Shown here piece after piece: positions 1 to 12,120 of a stretch of DNA of 64,000 nucleotides. Under the pieces are notes generated by a model. It saw nothing but the letters and a program-made list of their open reading frames with translations, was not told where the DNA came from and made no database searches. This DNA comes from Octopus sinensis. Lineage: Eukaryota. Both the position numbers and the translations under genes were made by a program. Within the stretch, counting starts at the first letter, position 1. Every line of letters begins with the position of its first letter. The stretch covers positions 43,028,001-43,092,000 of the forward strand of contig NC_043009.1 of assembly GCF_006345805.1 (NCBI RefSeq). The letters are read 5' to 3'.

Positions 1-889
1 TATATATATATATATGTATATAGTTTCCCTTTTTGTATATTCCCTTCCTTTTTCTAGATTAAATAAAAAAAATCGACTCCTTATCTCTCATATCGTACAG
101 CCTATTCAATCCCCATTGTCCCTCCTCCATTACAACTTTGCGGTTTATATTCTAATTGAAGAAATAGTTGTCTTCATTATAATTTTTGTGATTTTATTGT
201 TATCATCCTCTTTATCGTGATTATTATCATCATTGCTATTAACACCTTAATTATCGCATTGTTAATTCTTGAAAATTAATTGAATATTAAAAAAGATCAT
301 TAAATATTTGCCTTATTATTATCTGTTCTTCCACACTTGATGTTACAATTTACAGCAAATTCCTGTATTATAATTCTCCGCAATATTTCCAAGTGAGTAT
401 AACACTGGAATTTGTACCATGCTTTCATTGAGTGTTGCAGGTGCCTGTGTAGTCACTAGCAGACATTGACACTTTCTTAACTCTCTCAGCGTTTAATGAA
501 TATGTGACAGCAAGAAGGAAAGCACTTTACACTAGCAGTCAGCTGGTACTCATATTTTCAGCTGAGTAGACTGCAACAACATGAAATGGAGTGTCTTGAT
601 CAAGGAGACAATGAGCCTATTTTCCTCAAAACTGAAACCATGAGCTAATTATCATGATTACAAACCCTAACAAATGGACGATATGAAATATTTTGCTTAG
701 ATAAAAAAGTATCTATAACATTGAGTGACTCCTTAGAGCGTTAGTTCATGTACAAGAATATAGTTTTTGTACAATGTCAATAGTCGGAGCTCAATGCAGA
801 CTTAATAAAACAACTGACTCAATCACTCAATTATCATTATTTAAATTTTAAAATTTTTTCTTTCTTTCTTAGCGTAAATCTTTGATATA

Positions 890-1245
890 CATCATCATCA
901 TCATCATCATCATTACCACTACCGTCACCAACATCATTGTCGTCGTCATCATCATCATCCTCATCATCGTCATCATCATCATTATCTTTGTCATCACCAT
1001 GACCATCATCATCCTCATCTTCATCATTGCCAACATCATTCACCTCTATCATCAATCTCATGATAATCATCATTACCATCTTTATCATCTTCATTATCAT
1101 CATCATCATCATCTTCTTTCTCATCACCACTACCATCATTGTCATCATCATCATTGTCATCGTCATCATCATCACCTTCATCATCGTCGTCATCATGTTC
1201 ATCATCATCATCATCATCATCATCACCGCCACCACCATCACCACA
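890..1245. repeat. Degenerate (ATC)n microsatellite
   Basis: Direct inspection; it explains the poly-I/H/M/D ORFs at 837-1361. Confidence 0.95.
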
Positions 1246-1924
1246 CTCCTCTTCTTTATCATTGTTTTAAGATCTACTTCTTTTTCATGCTTGCATGAAT
1301 GAGGTGAGACTGCATAAATGCAGTGTTCTCTACAGCTGGATGCAGTCACTGACACCAACACTCGTTTCCAAACAGCATAATTACCCCCACCCCCACCAGT
1401 CTGTCAAATAACACACAGCTTGGTCATGTTTGTGCAACGGATTGCAAACAAACTGCACTATTTGTATGCACTGTCTTTTGTTTACAGTTAGAGCAAAGCA
1501 TGTCAATACACAACAAAAAAAAAAAGAAAAACAGAAACAACCTGGACGTATTTTCATGGTCAGAATACAAATAGATGACACCGTCTGTGTGAACAGTGAG
1601 GCCTGTGTTTATAACAGCATGCAAACATGTTAAGATGAAGGGAAATACAATCTCATACTCACACACACAAATACATGTATAAATACACACATATACACAT
1701 ATATATACATACACATACATGGAATGATATAAACAGCTTCATGGAATCTGTATAGGAATGTTTTGCAGAAAATTATTTTGGTTTGAGAGCTGTGAAGTGA
1801 GACAGATTTAAATAATACACACATAATCAGTTCTTGGAGATCTGGTAATATACTGTCCATAAATATATATCCCTTCAAAAGTCTATGTCTGTCTTTTTAT
1901 CTATTTATCTACCTATTTCTCTCT

Positions 1925-1960
<36 letters not shown>

Positions 1961-1971
1961 CCTCTCTCTCG

Positions 1972-2011
<40 letters not shown>

Positions 2012-2012
2012 G

Positions 2013-2447
2013 CCATGCCTGTAGAGCTTATCCTGAACATGTAGCACTTCTCGATACCACTGCCAGACCAGGGATCTCTGGAAGTCCCGGCCCGAAAGTT
2101 ATCTTGAACAGTAGTCAGGTAGTCCTTGTCAATGACCAGGTTCACCCTGAGACTGTCGTCGTACCTCCCCTCCACTAATCTGCTATAGAATGTTTTGGTT
2201 GTGTTGCAGTCACTCAAGATCAACCCAGGACAAGAGCAATGTGACAATCGCAGTGCCATTTGCCCTTCCTCGGCCTCTTTTTGATCCATGACTGCAGGTT
2301 GGTCTTGGAGACGAGCCATGGGAAAGTTCGCCTCACAAATGGCAACCATTCCTGTTCACCGTCGTTTATGTAGAGCCAGAGATGTCACAGTCTCAGCGCA
2401 TGTCTGCACATCATCAACCACAGCATGCCCAGCTCTCCTTTTAACAG
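2013..2447 (-). mobile_element. Degraded L1/Tx1-like non-LTR retrotransposon ORF2 fragment
   Basis: Minus strand with frameshifts gives TKTFYSRLVEGRYDD... then ...FQRSLVWQWYREVLHVQDKLYRHG, resembling the segment just before the C-terminal Cys/His knuckle of Tx1-type ORF2. Bounded by (CT)n and (TAGA)/(CATA)n tracts. Recognised by eye only. Confidence 0.45.
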
Positions 2448-3566
2448 GTAGATAGATAGATAGATAGATAGATACATACATACATACATACATACATACA
2501 TAGACAAACAGATAGACAGACAGACACATACATACACATACATACATACACATGCATACATGCACATACATACATACGTACATACATACATTCATACATA
2601 CATACATACATACATACATACATACATACATACATACATACATACATACATACATACATACATACATGCATACATACATTCTTTCTTCCGAAAGTATATT
2701 TATAGATATATATAGTGTTTCAAAAGAGTGCATATCTCTAGTTTATGTCTGTAGACTATGGATAACCTTTTAGCTGATTAATTACTTTCTTCCTGATCTA
2801 ACTGGATGAAAGCTCTATTGCAAGAGAGAGTGAGGGTCTAAAGAGAACTGAGTTGTGTAAATGACTAAGACAAAGACTTAATTGCTCATTTATTCAATCT
2901 AAATTAATTAAAGTCTTTCTATTAGAGAAACAAAAAAAAAATAACAAAAGAAAGATGGGGGGAAAACGGTATTCAAAAGCCTCAAGACAAATTTGAACTT
3001 AACACTCTTAAACTCTGCCTTAACATACTACACATGGGGCTATATTTTAAAATAAAGCTACTTAACTCTGAATTCATTGGTAAATATTGAACAGAAAAAC
3101 CAAATAAATTGACTCACAATATTACAGATATAATCTTTTATATGTTGTGTTATCCTTCTTACCATCAGAGAGAACTTCTTCCAGATTAAAAAAAAATTAT
3201 TGAATTATTTCATTTGTCTTTCCATACAGGATTTTTTTTTTGCTTTTCTTTTTACTGTTTTTTTTACTGTTTTTTATGCTTTTTTTTTGGGTGTAATTAG
3301 ATTCGCCCTTTATTCCTGAGTATTCTCTACTAAAAGACAAGATCAAATTAGACATTACCATTATTTGTTGTTTGGATTTTGTGAAAAATTATCTTCTCTA
3401 TCATCCATTTATTAAAAAACATTGTCTCAAGATTAAAATCTCTATCTAGCAATTCTTAAGAAGTCTTTTTTTTATTTTTTATCTTGGGATTTTTTTTATC
3501 AACACTGTATAATTGTTCTCTTTATCTTCTTCTTCAGTTTATCTTTCACATCATTTCTATTTCAAG

Positions 3567-3750
3567 ATGTTCAGTTGTGTATTGTAGCCAGAGCCATTTA
3601 GTTGTATATTGTAACCAGAGACATTCAGTTGTATATCATAACCAGTGATGTTCTTGTTATATATTGTAAGCAGAGACATTTAGGTGTATATCATATAAGT
3701 TGTATATTATAGCCAGTGATGTTCAGTTGTATATTATAAGTGAAGACACT
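3567..3750. repeat. Degenerate ~26-bp minisatellite (gacattcagttgtatattgtaaccag-like)
   Basis: About 6-7 diverged tandem units visible. Confidence 0.75.
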
Positions 3751-3984
3751 TGGACATAGAAACTCTTTTTTCTGTTGCAGAAATAGTCTCCGGTGACAAT
3801 TCTCTTTATAGACAATATGTGTGAAAACATCATTGGGCTATGAATGCCATCAGTCAATCATTAAGATACATACATTTCTGTATCATTACACATCGTTGGC
3901 TAGAAATACCAAATCAGACTTTAACAGCTCTATAACAATGGTTGTTTGTATATATAGAAATAAAAGAAATACACCCTTTTCAAG

Positions 3985-4276
3985 CCTAGCCAGGCTCATG
4001 GGCCTGGTTTCTCGGTTTCTGTGGCATATGTGTTCCTCCCCAGCTGGACGGGACGCCAGTCCATCACAGCATTACTCAAGAAACAGGAAGAGAGAGTGAG
4101 AGAAAGTTGTGGCGAAAGAGTACAACAGGGGTTGCCACCATTCCTTGCTGGAGCCTCATGGACCTTTTTTGGTATTTACGCTCAATAAACACACACAACG
4201 CCCGGTCTGGGTATCGAAACTGCAATCCTCCGACATCAAGTCTGCTGCCCTAACCACTGGGCCATTGCACCTCCAC
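3985..4276 (-). mobile_element. tRNA-derived SINE
   Basis: Minus strand has an A-box TGGCCCAGTGG and a B-box-like GTTTCGATACC, followed by a non-tRNA body (ctgtgatggactggcgtcccgtccag). Confidence 0.75.
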
Positions 4277-4429
4277 TGTTTATATATATAAGAACAACAA
4301 AAAGTATATATGTTGATGAACATACATATGTGTTTAACATGATTGAATTCAACATAGTTATTCAACGTTGCTTCAAGCAATTCTGATTAATTTAGGCCAG
4401 GCTGACCAAGCTATGAATATACTAATTTA

Positions 4430-5030
4430 ATCTTTTATTTGTTTCAGCCTTTTGACTGTGGCCATGCTGGAGTACCACCTTAAAGGGTTTTTTGGTCGAA
4501 GAAATCAACCCCAGGGCTTATTCATTGCGAGCCTAGTACTTATTCTATTAGTGTAAACACATAAACACACCAACATCAGTTGTCAAGTAATGGCAGGTGG
4601 GGGGGGGGGGAACAAACACAGATACAAAGAGATACACAGACACACACACACATATATATACTGCATGTGTATCATCAGCGATTTTCTTTCTCTGTCTTCC
4701 CTTCCTTGGACCTTTCCTTTTTCTATGTTTCTGATGAAGAGCTCTGCTCGAAACATTAAATCCTCCTTCTTTCTTTGCTTTCTTGAGCGTCCAATAACAC
4801 TATATTTGTTCCACGTCCTCGCATTGTTGTGTTTTCTCTTCGTTCATGTTTGGATTAACTATATATATATATATATGACAGGCTTCTTTCTTTTCAATCT
4901 ACCAAATCCACTCACAAGGCTTTGGTCAGCCTGAGGCTATAGTAGAGAACACTTGCCCAAGATGCCACACAAAGGGACTGAACCCAGAACCATGTGGTTG
5001 GGAAGCAAGCATCTTACTACACAGCCATAT
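4430..5030 (-). mobile_element. Bipartite tRNA/CORE-like SINE with a Penelope-like fragment nested in its internal microsatellite
   Basis: Both halves match other copies (6278-6642, 10858-11328, 23055-23490). 4672-4855 is extra sequence related to 47790-47935. Confidence 0.75.
4728..4760 (+). ncRNA. Minimal type-I hammerhead ribozyme motif, probably decayed
   Basis: ttt-CTGATGA-a-GAGC tct GCTC-GAAA-catt-aaa: core, 4-bp stem II and 3-bp stem I. Stem III ACAT is likely ACGT after CpG decay. Confidence 0.6.
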
Positions 5031-5994
5031 TAACAAATACACTGTTTAAAGGCTACTTCAGTATTGATAAATGACGAGGCATAACAACACAGAAAATACA
5101 TATCATCCCATGATCTGATGATCTCATTCGTAGCCCCAATGTGCTTTCACACATGCCTACAAGGAGGGTTTCCTCCTACAATTATTTCCACATGAAAGGT
5201 TTCCAACATTCGAATATGATGGGACATGCATATATTTCATTTTTTTAATGTTGGGAAGAGACCTAATATTTAGTGAATGTTATTACGCTGTTAAACATGC
5301 TCATTGCACATGTGAACCTTAAGCCAGCCATTCATTGTATTTTGCCTTGGAGAAAACTTCTCGCAATAGACAAATGGTGTAAATATACCTAAATCACCTC
5401 ACAGCGCCACCTATCCAGACTGTGAGAAGCAAGCATTTCAGAAAAGTTATCTTCTCTTCAGTTACAGAAATCAAACAGGGTGCAGCCTTAATAATATTTA
5501 GTAATTTTTCTCTTTCAACAGGCAAGAAGCTGGCAGAATCATTAGCAGACTGGAATAAATGCTTTCACATCGCCTTGCATTCTGAGTTCAAATTCTGCTA
5601 AGTGCAGCTTTGCCTTCATCTTTGCAGATCAATAAAGTAATTACAAATTGAGCTCAAAGAATCAACTGGACCCCTCCCCTAATAAAACTTCAGTCCTCGT
5701 GCCTAGAGTACAAAGACAATAAGAATTTCTTGTTTGTATATTTTGTGGAGATTTTTCAACTGTCTGAGTTGGTAAACTTTTATTTTCTATTTGTTTCAGT
5801 CATTAGAACTGTGGCCATGCTGGAGCACCACCTTGAACTCTTTTAGTTGAATGAATCAACCCTAGTGATTATTGTTTTAAAAGCTTGGTATTTATTCTAT
5901 CAGCCTCTTTTCATCAACCAAACCACTAAGTTATGGGGATGTAACCAAGCCAACACCAGTTGTCAAGCAGTGGGTTTTGGGAGACCAAGACATA

Positions 5995-6094
5995 NNNNNN
6001 NNNNNNNNNNNNNNNNNNNNNNNNNNNNNNNNNNNNNNNNNNNNNNNNNNNNNNNNNNNNNNNNNNNNNNNNNNNNNNNNNNNNNNNNNNNNNN
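5995..6094. other. Assembly gap (100 N)
   Basis: Run of N. Confidence 1.
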
Positions 6095-6245
6095 CAGAAG
6101 TTATCTTTATTTCCTTAAATAACCCTACAATTTCAACGGATTTGCCCAATTAGACGTCGATATTACTTAGTTTGGTTTGAAATAAAAAGAACCTCACTAG
6201 CTTAATAATCGTAACTTAATCCCGCAAGGCGGGTTATACTGCTAG
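6095..6245 (+). mobile_element. Helitron-like 3' terminus
   Basis: Hairpin CCCGC-aag-GCGGG (6221-6233), then CTAG (6242-6245) followed by T; the upstream part runs into the gap. Confidence 0.55.
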
Positions 6246-6277
6246 TATATAATATATTATATATATATATTATACTC

Positions 6278-6639
6278 TCTTTTACTCTTTTACTTGTTTC
6301 AGTCATTTGACTGCGGCCATGCTGGAGACCGCCTTTAATCGAGCTCGACCCCGGGACTTATTCTTTTGTAAGCCCAAGTACTTATTCTATCGGTCTCTTT
6401 TGAATCGTTTGTCAAGCAATGCTAGGGGGACAAACACAGACACACAAACACACACACGCATATATATATACATATATACGACGGGCTTCTTTCAGTTTCC
6501 CTCTACCAAATCCACTCACAAGGCTTTGGTCGGCCCGAGGCTATAGTAGAAGACACTTGCCCAAGGTGCCACGCAGTGGGACTGAACCCAGAACCATGTG
6601 GTTGATAAGCAAGCTACTTACCACACAGCCACTCCTACG

Positions 6640-6642
<3 letters not shown>
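6278..6642 (-). mobile_element. Bipartite tRNA/CORE-like SINE
   Basis: Head aggcgtaggagtggctgtgtgg, B-box gggttcagtccc, CORE-like caccttgggcaagt, internal (TA)/(CA)n, tail gtaaaagagtaaaagag. Confidence 0.85.
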
Positions 6643-6672
<30 letters not shown>

Positions 6673-7405
6673 GCGTGTGTGTATGTGCACGCGTTCGTGT
6701 GTGAATCTGTGTAATGTATGCTACTGCGTTATTATGGATTTGTTCGATTTTCCAATTGTAACTATTTTTTGGAAAAAGAAAAACCTATTAATTATAAAAA
6801 TTTTTTCAAAATTCCTGCCTTGCCTCCAATTGGTCTTTTGAGACCCTTACATAACAGCATGTTCTCTCTCTCCCTCTCTTTTTCCCTTACTCCCCCTTTC
6901 CCTCCTCTCTCTTGCTCATGCGCACATACAGACACACACACACACATTTAGATACTCTATGAAGATCCAACCATCAGACAGCTAAACACAGTCAATGAAG
7001 CACACACCAATTCATTGCAAGTGAATTTATATCAGAATTTAGCAGTGTGTCTGTGTGTCTGTGGTGGAAAAAGCCACTGCTTCTGTTATTGTGCAGTCAA
7101 TAACTGAAGCACTTACATTGGTTTGGCAGTGATCGTGTGGAGAAGTTGAAGATCTATACTTTTTGAATTGAACACATGCACACACATCTCACAAGTACAC
7201 ATTATACGTGTACACTTATAAGTATAGAACACACGCAGTTATAAAGATAAGCATTTATATATAGAGATAATGTGTGTGTGTATATATATATTTAGTTATT
7301 TAGGGTGCTAATCATTTTGTGGGGTCAATTAACCACACGCACTATTTATATACTCGTTCTTCACTTCAGCTTATTATTACTATTATTATTATTTTAGTGC
7401 GATTT

Positions 7406-7448
7406 GTCTGAAATCATTCGTCACACACCCTGTGACATCTTCAGCGAC
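7406..7448 (-). ncRNA. Degenerate hammerhead motif (family 2)
   Basis: Minus: gtcg-CTGAAGA-t-GTCACA gggtg TGTGAC-GAAT-gatttc-agac. GAAA is mutated to GAAT. Homologous to 9373-9417. Confidence 0.5.
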
Positions 7449-7503
7449 TCTCCATCCCACGTATTTCCTCCTGTTCTCATACATGTGTGTGTGTGTATAT
7501 ATG

Positions 7504-7540
<37 letters not shown>

Positions 7541-7800
7541 TGTGTATGTACGTATATATGTATTTATGTATACACACATACACGTATATATATATATGTG
7601 TGTGTGTGTGTGTTTGTATATCAACAACGTCCTCATCACTTCTTTTCCATATACGTGTGTGCGTATGGAAAGAACGTGAAATAATTTTTTTTTTTAATTA
7701 TTTCATGTTCTCTCGAAAGTTTATAAATCCTTGTCGTCAACAACATACAGTTTTCGTTGGTAAGACAGAAGTTTCATAAATGGCTAGAGAAGCTCGGTGA

Positions 7801-7892
7801 CTGTTCGTGGGTCTTGAACCCATATACCTTGGAGACATGACAGAACGCTTGTCATGTCTACCAGGTAATATGCGTTCAAGTACCACGAACAG
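7801..7892. other. 92-nt imperfect fold-back hairpin
   Basis: 42/43-nt arms with about 37 matched positions and a 7-nt loop GAACGCT. Confidence 0.85.
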
Positions 7893-8065
7893 CGTCTGAC
7901 ATTTTTCTAACTCAGGTTTTTAAAACCCAATATTTACATGCTAATAGTTATAGAGTTACCTGCTTCGAGATCCAGTAAACCAAAAATATACGTTGATGCA
8001 CACAACACATACACACATATACATACGTATACATACACACCCACACACTCGTGTTTGTGTGTGTG

Positions 8066-9230
8066 TATTGAGTTGAGAAATATTTCATGTGCATTTTTTA
8101 CAAATTTATTTTAAACAAAAAAACTACTACAAATTAACCAATAATATACTCTACATTGTTGTTTACGACTTCCTCCCATCGTTCAATAAGTTTTTCAATG
8201 CCTTGGCAATATAAATCTCTCAGTCTTGACTCAAAGATTTCGTCCAACCAAACCCTCAATTCCATGTCATTATCGAACGATACACAGCGCAAAGCCTTCG
8301 AAAGCGGTCGAAAGTGATGAAAATCTGACGGCACCAAGTCTGGAGAGTATGGAGGATGAGACAGCATTTCCCATTCGAGTTCTTGAATCGTGGCTTTGGT
8401 CATATTGGTGATGTGAGGACGTGGGGTTGTCGTGTTGCAGAAGAACGCCTTTTAGCCTATTCAGTCTTTTTTGCTGAACTGCTTCATTGAGTCGCTGCAG
8501 TTGTGGAACGTAGAGCTCCACTTCAAGTGTTTGGTTGCACTCAAGCAGTTCGTGATGAATTATACCTTCCCAGTCCCACCATACACACAACATGGTCTTT
8601 CGAGGATGAAAGTCTTGTTTTGATCGTTGAGTCGCTTGCGGAATCTTTTCGCTGCTTCATATTGATGTATATGCACAATTTTTCATCGTCAGTGACAATG
8701 CGTTAAAGAAAACATTGTCTGTGACTATGTATTGAGCGATATCGAGCGAGAAAACTGGCGGCGATTGTAGAGTGTTGATTTTTATTGTTTTTGCTCAAAG
8801 TGTATGGTACTCAAGCGCCGAGTTTCTGAACCTTGCCCATTGAGTGAAGGTGGTTGACCATAGTTTTTATTTATTTATCTCAATCTATCTGTTCCGTCAA
8901 TTCTCTGGTCGTTTGACGTGGATTTTCGTGAAGAAGTTGATTCAATCGCTCTTCATTGAGCTCAATTAGTCGACCTGTGTGTGATCCGTCATTGAGATCA
9001 AAATTCTCATTTTCGAAGCACAAAATCCAATGGCGGGCGGTACTTTGAGCCATTGCTCATTCTCCATACACAGCACAAATCTCACGAGCATCTTCGGTGG
9101 CCTTAAGACCTCTATTAAAGGCAAAAAGCAAATGGTGTCGAAAATGCTCAGTTTTGTCCACTTGACATTCCATTTTAATGATCTGAAAATACACGAAAAT
9201 ATCAATAAAAGTCAAAAAATCAAAATACAC
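8066..9230 (-). mobile_element. Decayed mariner (DD34D-type) transposon, transposase pseudogene
   Basis: Frameshifted MECQVDKTEHFRHHLLFAFNRG N-terminus, IVTDDEK, LLQHDN and HPPYSPDLVPSD motifs, C-terminus GIEKLIERWEEVV. TIR-like sequence at about 8066; the other TIR was not identified. Confidence 0.92.
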
Positions 9231-9372
9231 TATCTTGTGTTTGCATGTATATATGTATTATGTATATAAGCATATATAAATACGCGTGTGTATGTATATA
9301 TGTACATAGATATATATATATGGAAGAACAGTATGGAGTAAGTGGAGCAAGAACACACACGAAAACAAAAAG

Positions 9373-9417
9373 TGTCGCTGAAGAGGTCACAGATGTGTGA
9401 TGAAAGATTTCCGGACA
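9373..9417 (+). ncRNA. Hammerhead motif (family 2)
   Basis: tgtcg-CTGAAGA-g-GTCACA gatg TGTGAT-GAAA-gatttc-cggaca: core intact, 6-bp stem II (terminal G.U), weak stem III, stem I with a 1-nt bulge. Confidence 0.55.
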
Positions 9418-9574
9418 ATGGCCATGAGATAAAATAATAAAATAAGAATAGAAACAAACGAGTGAAGAAATATATTTATATTTATATTTATAGTGCGTAT
9501 GCTCATTTGGCAAAAAAAATGACCTTCCTGAAATACAATATATACACTCACACGCACACACACACTCACACACT

Positions 9575-9614
<40 letters not shown>

Positions 9615-9899
9615 GTGGAGTGCTTGTGTAAGTGAGTGCATGTATATGCAAGAACAATGCTGGTAAACATTAGTAATGTAGCACTCAGTAGTAGTAGTAG
9701 TAGTAGTAGTAGTAACTGTGGACACGATTTGTATTGAAGGACAGAAGTACACAATGTATACAGGTTGAGGAACAGAGCAATATTAAGAATTATCAAAATT
9801 GAATTAACATAAAGGAGGAGTGAAGTTGGGTTACTTTAACACTAGAATGCGATGAGAGTTTCCCACACGTGAATGCTTGTGTGTATTTGGTGCTAGTGA

Positions 9900-11109
9900 T
9901 AGTGCACGTATGTGAATTTAAGTACATGGACATAGATAGGTAAGAATCGGTGCTTCTTGGTGTACTAGTGCGTACATATGCGTACGTGCGAGTGGATAGA
10001 CTAGGGGTCACAGTGAGGCATGATAATCGTTCGGGACATTATTTTTAGCACTAGTTAACCCAGAAAATTACACTGGTTACTTGCTAATATAAAATATCAG
10101 TCGAAAGTGAACAAAAAGTAATTCTTTTTGGATGTTATTTGAAAGAATATGGTGGGCCTCATTGGTACATAAATTGCAGGAACGATGTTTCCGTTGTAGT
10201 ATTTGGCCGTGAATATCATTTTCCAACTTGATCTACAATTAATATTAGAGTTCTTAAGCTCTCTGATGTGCTTCGTTAGTGAGATGCCATTGCTTTGAAT
10301 TGGATTATGTAAGAAGCGACTGTGCTTGTAGATCCGATCTTCATGGGGTTGGGGTGCTCTTTTAAATTTAGTATAATGTTTTAGTTTTAGTTTAACTTAT
10401 AATCTATCTTTTGCATGTTGTTTATATTTTAAAGCAAACTGTTTTTGTAAACATACTTATTTCTTCGGAAAGTACGCGGCATCATAGTTGTGTCATTTGG
10501 TGTACTAATTGCTTGTTTGATTTTCGAAGGGCGGTGAGTCTTAGTTCTGTTTCGTCCTCTTCATTTCCTTCGTTATACTCCCGAGAAGAAGATACCACTA
10601 TTGTTTTGAAAAAATGTGCCCGTATTCGTGGCTTTATGTTAAGCTCTCTTTTTGAGAGTTTTGTTTTATGCTCCTTCCTTGATTTTTTGCAACAGTTTAT
10701 GGGTTTTCATGTGTAACTTTTCTTTCTTCTTGATTGTATAATGATGTGGTATTATTGATGAGTGTTTTCCTCATCTATTTCAAATTCTGGGTATTTGAGA
10801 GTGTTAGCTGATGTGGAGTTATTTCAGTTAATCTTCATCATTTTCCTTCTTTTTCTTTACTCTTCATCTCTTTTACTTGTTTCAGTCATTTGACTGCGGC
10901 CATGCTGAAGCACCGCCTTTAGTCGAGCAAATCGACCCCAGAGCTTATTCTTTGTAAGCCTAGTGCTTATTCTATCGGTCTCTTTGCCGAATCGCTAAGT
11001 TACGGGAACGTAAACACACCAGCATCGGTTGTCAAGCGATGCTGGAGGGACATATACACGCACACATGTACATATATGTACACATATACATACATATGTA
11101 TATATATAT

Positions 11110-11168
<59 letters not shown>

Positions 11169-11650
11169 CGGGCTTCTTCCACTTTCCGTCTACAAATCCA
11201 CTCACAAGGCTTTGGTCGGCCCGAGGCTATAGTAGAATACACTTGCCCAAGGTGCCACGCAGTGGGACTGAACCCGGGACCATGTCGTTGGTAAGCAAGC
11301 TGCTTACCACACAGCCACTCCTGCGCCTGAAAACGGCGTGGCGACGGCCGCGTGCAGCCGGCGGCCACCGCGGGGCTCCGGATGACTTCGCGGTCGTTGG
11401 CGCTGCGTCACGGCCGAAGCCGGAGACATCGACCTGCCAGCTCGTACCCCTTGTTCAAATTCTTCATGGCAATCAGTTCTGAGACGATTCTTACTACGAC
11501 AAATATAGCAAGAAATCTTTTTTCCTCTCGTCATTAATCTCTTGCTTTCTCGGCGCTCTTAACTGTGCACAGTTCAAGCATGACATTGTGGTTTTCGTGA
11601 ATCATTAGGACTTGCGAATATAGTTTGGCACTTCCTGGCCACATGTCATC
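9900..11650. promoter_or_regulatory. CpG-retaining, mostly unique region with a GC-rich island (11333-11450); possible promoter or first exon
   Basis: CpG looks more frequent than in flanking unique DNA (not counted). Consensus donor CG|GTGAGT at 10533/10534. Inference only. Confidence 0.3.
10858..11328 (-). mobile_element. Young bipartite tRNA/CORE-like SINE
   Basis: Near-consensus copy with intact CpGs and an internal (TA)n. Confidence 0.9.
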
Positions 11651-12009
11651 TCTCCTTTTTTTTTGTTCCAAATGTTAGCAACAAAAACTTGTCCAGATAT
11701 CAGAACACCTTTATATTATGTCTTTGAAATGTATTTCTTTCTTCCTTTTTTTATAATCGTTCAACAAGCGGAAACGAGAAGCATGAAATAACAGTTTGCG
11801 AAGTTTCAAACCCGACCACTAAACACACTTGCACATACATCATCATTGTCATCCCCACCCCTACCATCATCAACACCACCCTCACTGTAATCATCATAAT
11901 CGTTATCGCCATCATCAGTATCAACATCATTGACATCATCATCGTCTCCCTAAAACATTAAGAATACGTCTTCTTTCTCGGTCTATAATCACACTTCTTC
12001 TTCTCCACT

Positions 12010-12040
<31 letters not shown>

Positions 12041-12058
12041 GCAACTACTACTACTCCA

Positions 12059-12090
<32 letters not shown>

Positions 12091-12120
12091 ACTACTACTA
12101 CTACTATTATCACCGCTGGT

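Noticed and set aside
4200-4276. tRNA genes at SINE heads (also 11250-11328, 30163-30230, 54105-54165)
   Set aside because: A/B boxes are present, but I could not build a complete cloverleaf and each continues into a multi-copy SINE body.
5430-5465. Minus-strand CTGAAGA...GAAA
   Set aside because: Stem II is out of register and stem I is absent; chance match.
11460-11520. CYICRSKNRLRTDCHEEFE (minus) resembling a Ly6/quiver N-terminus
   Set aside because: In-frame stop nine codons before the ATG, no signal peptide, no pyrimidine-rich acceptor and no further cysteines.
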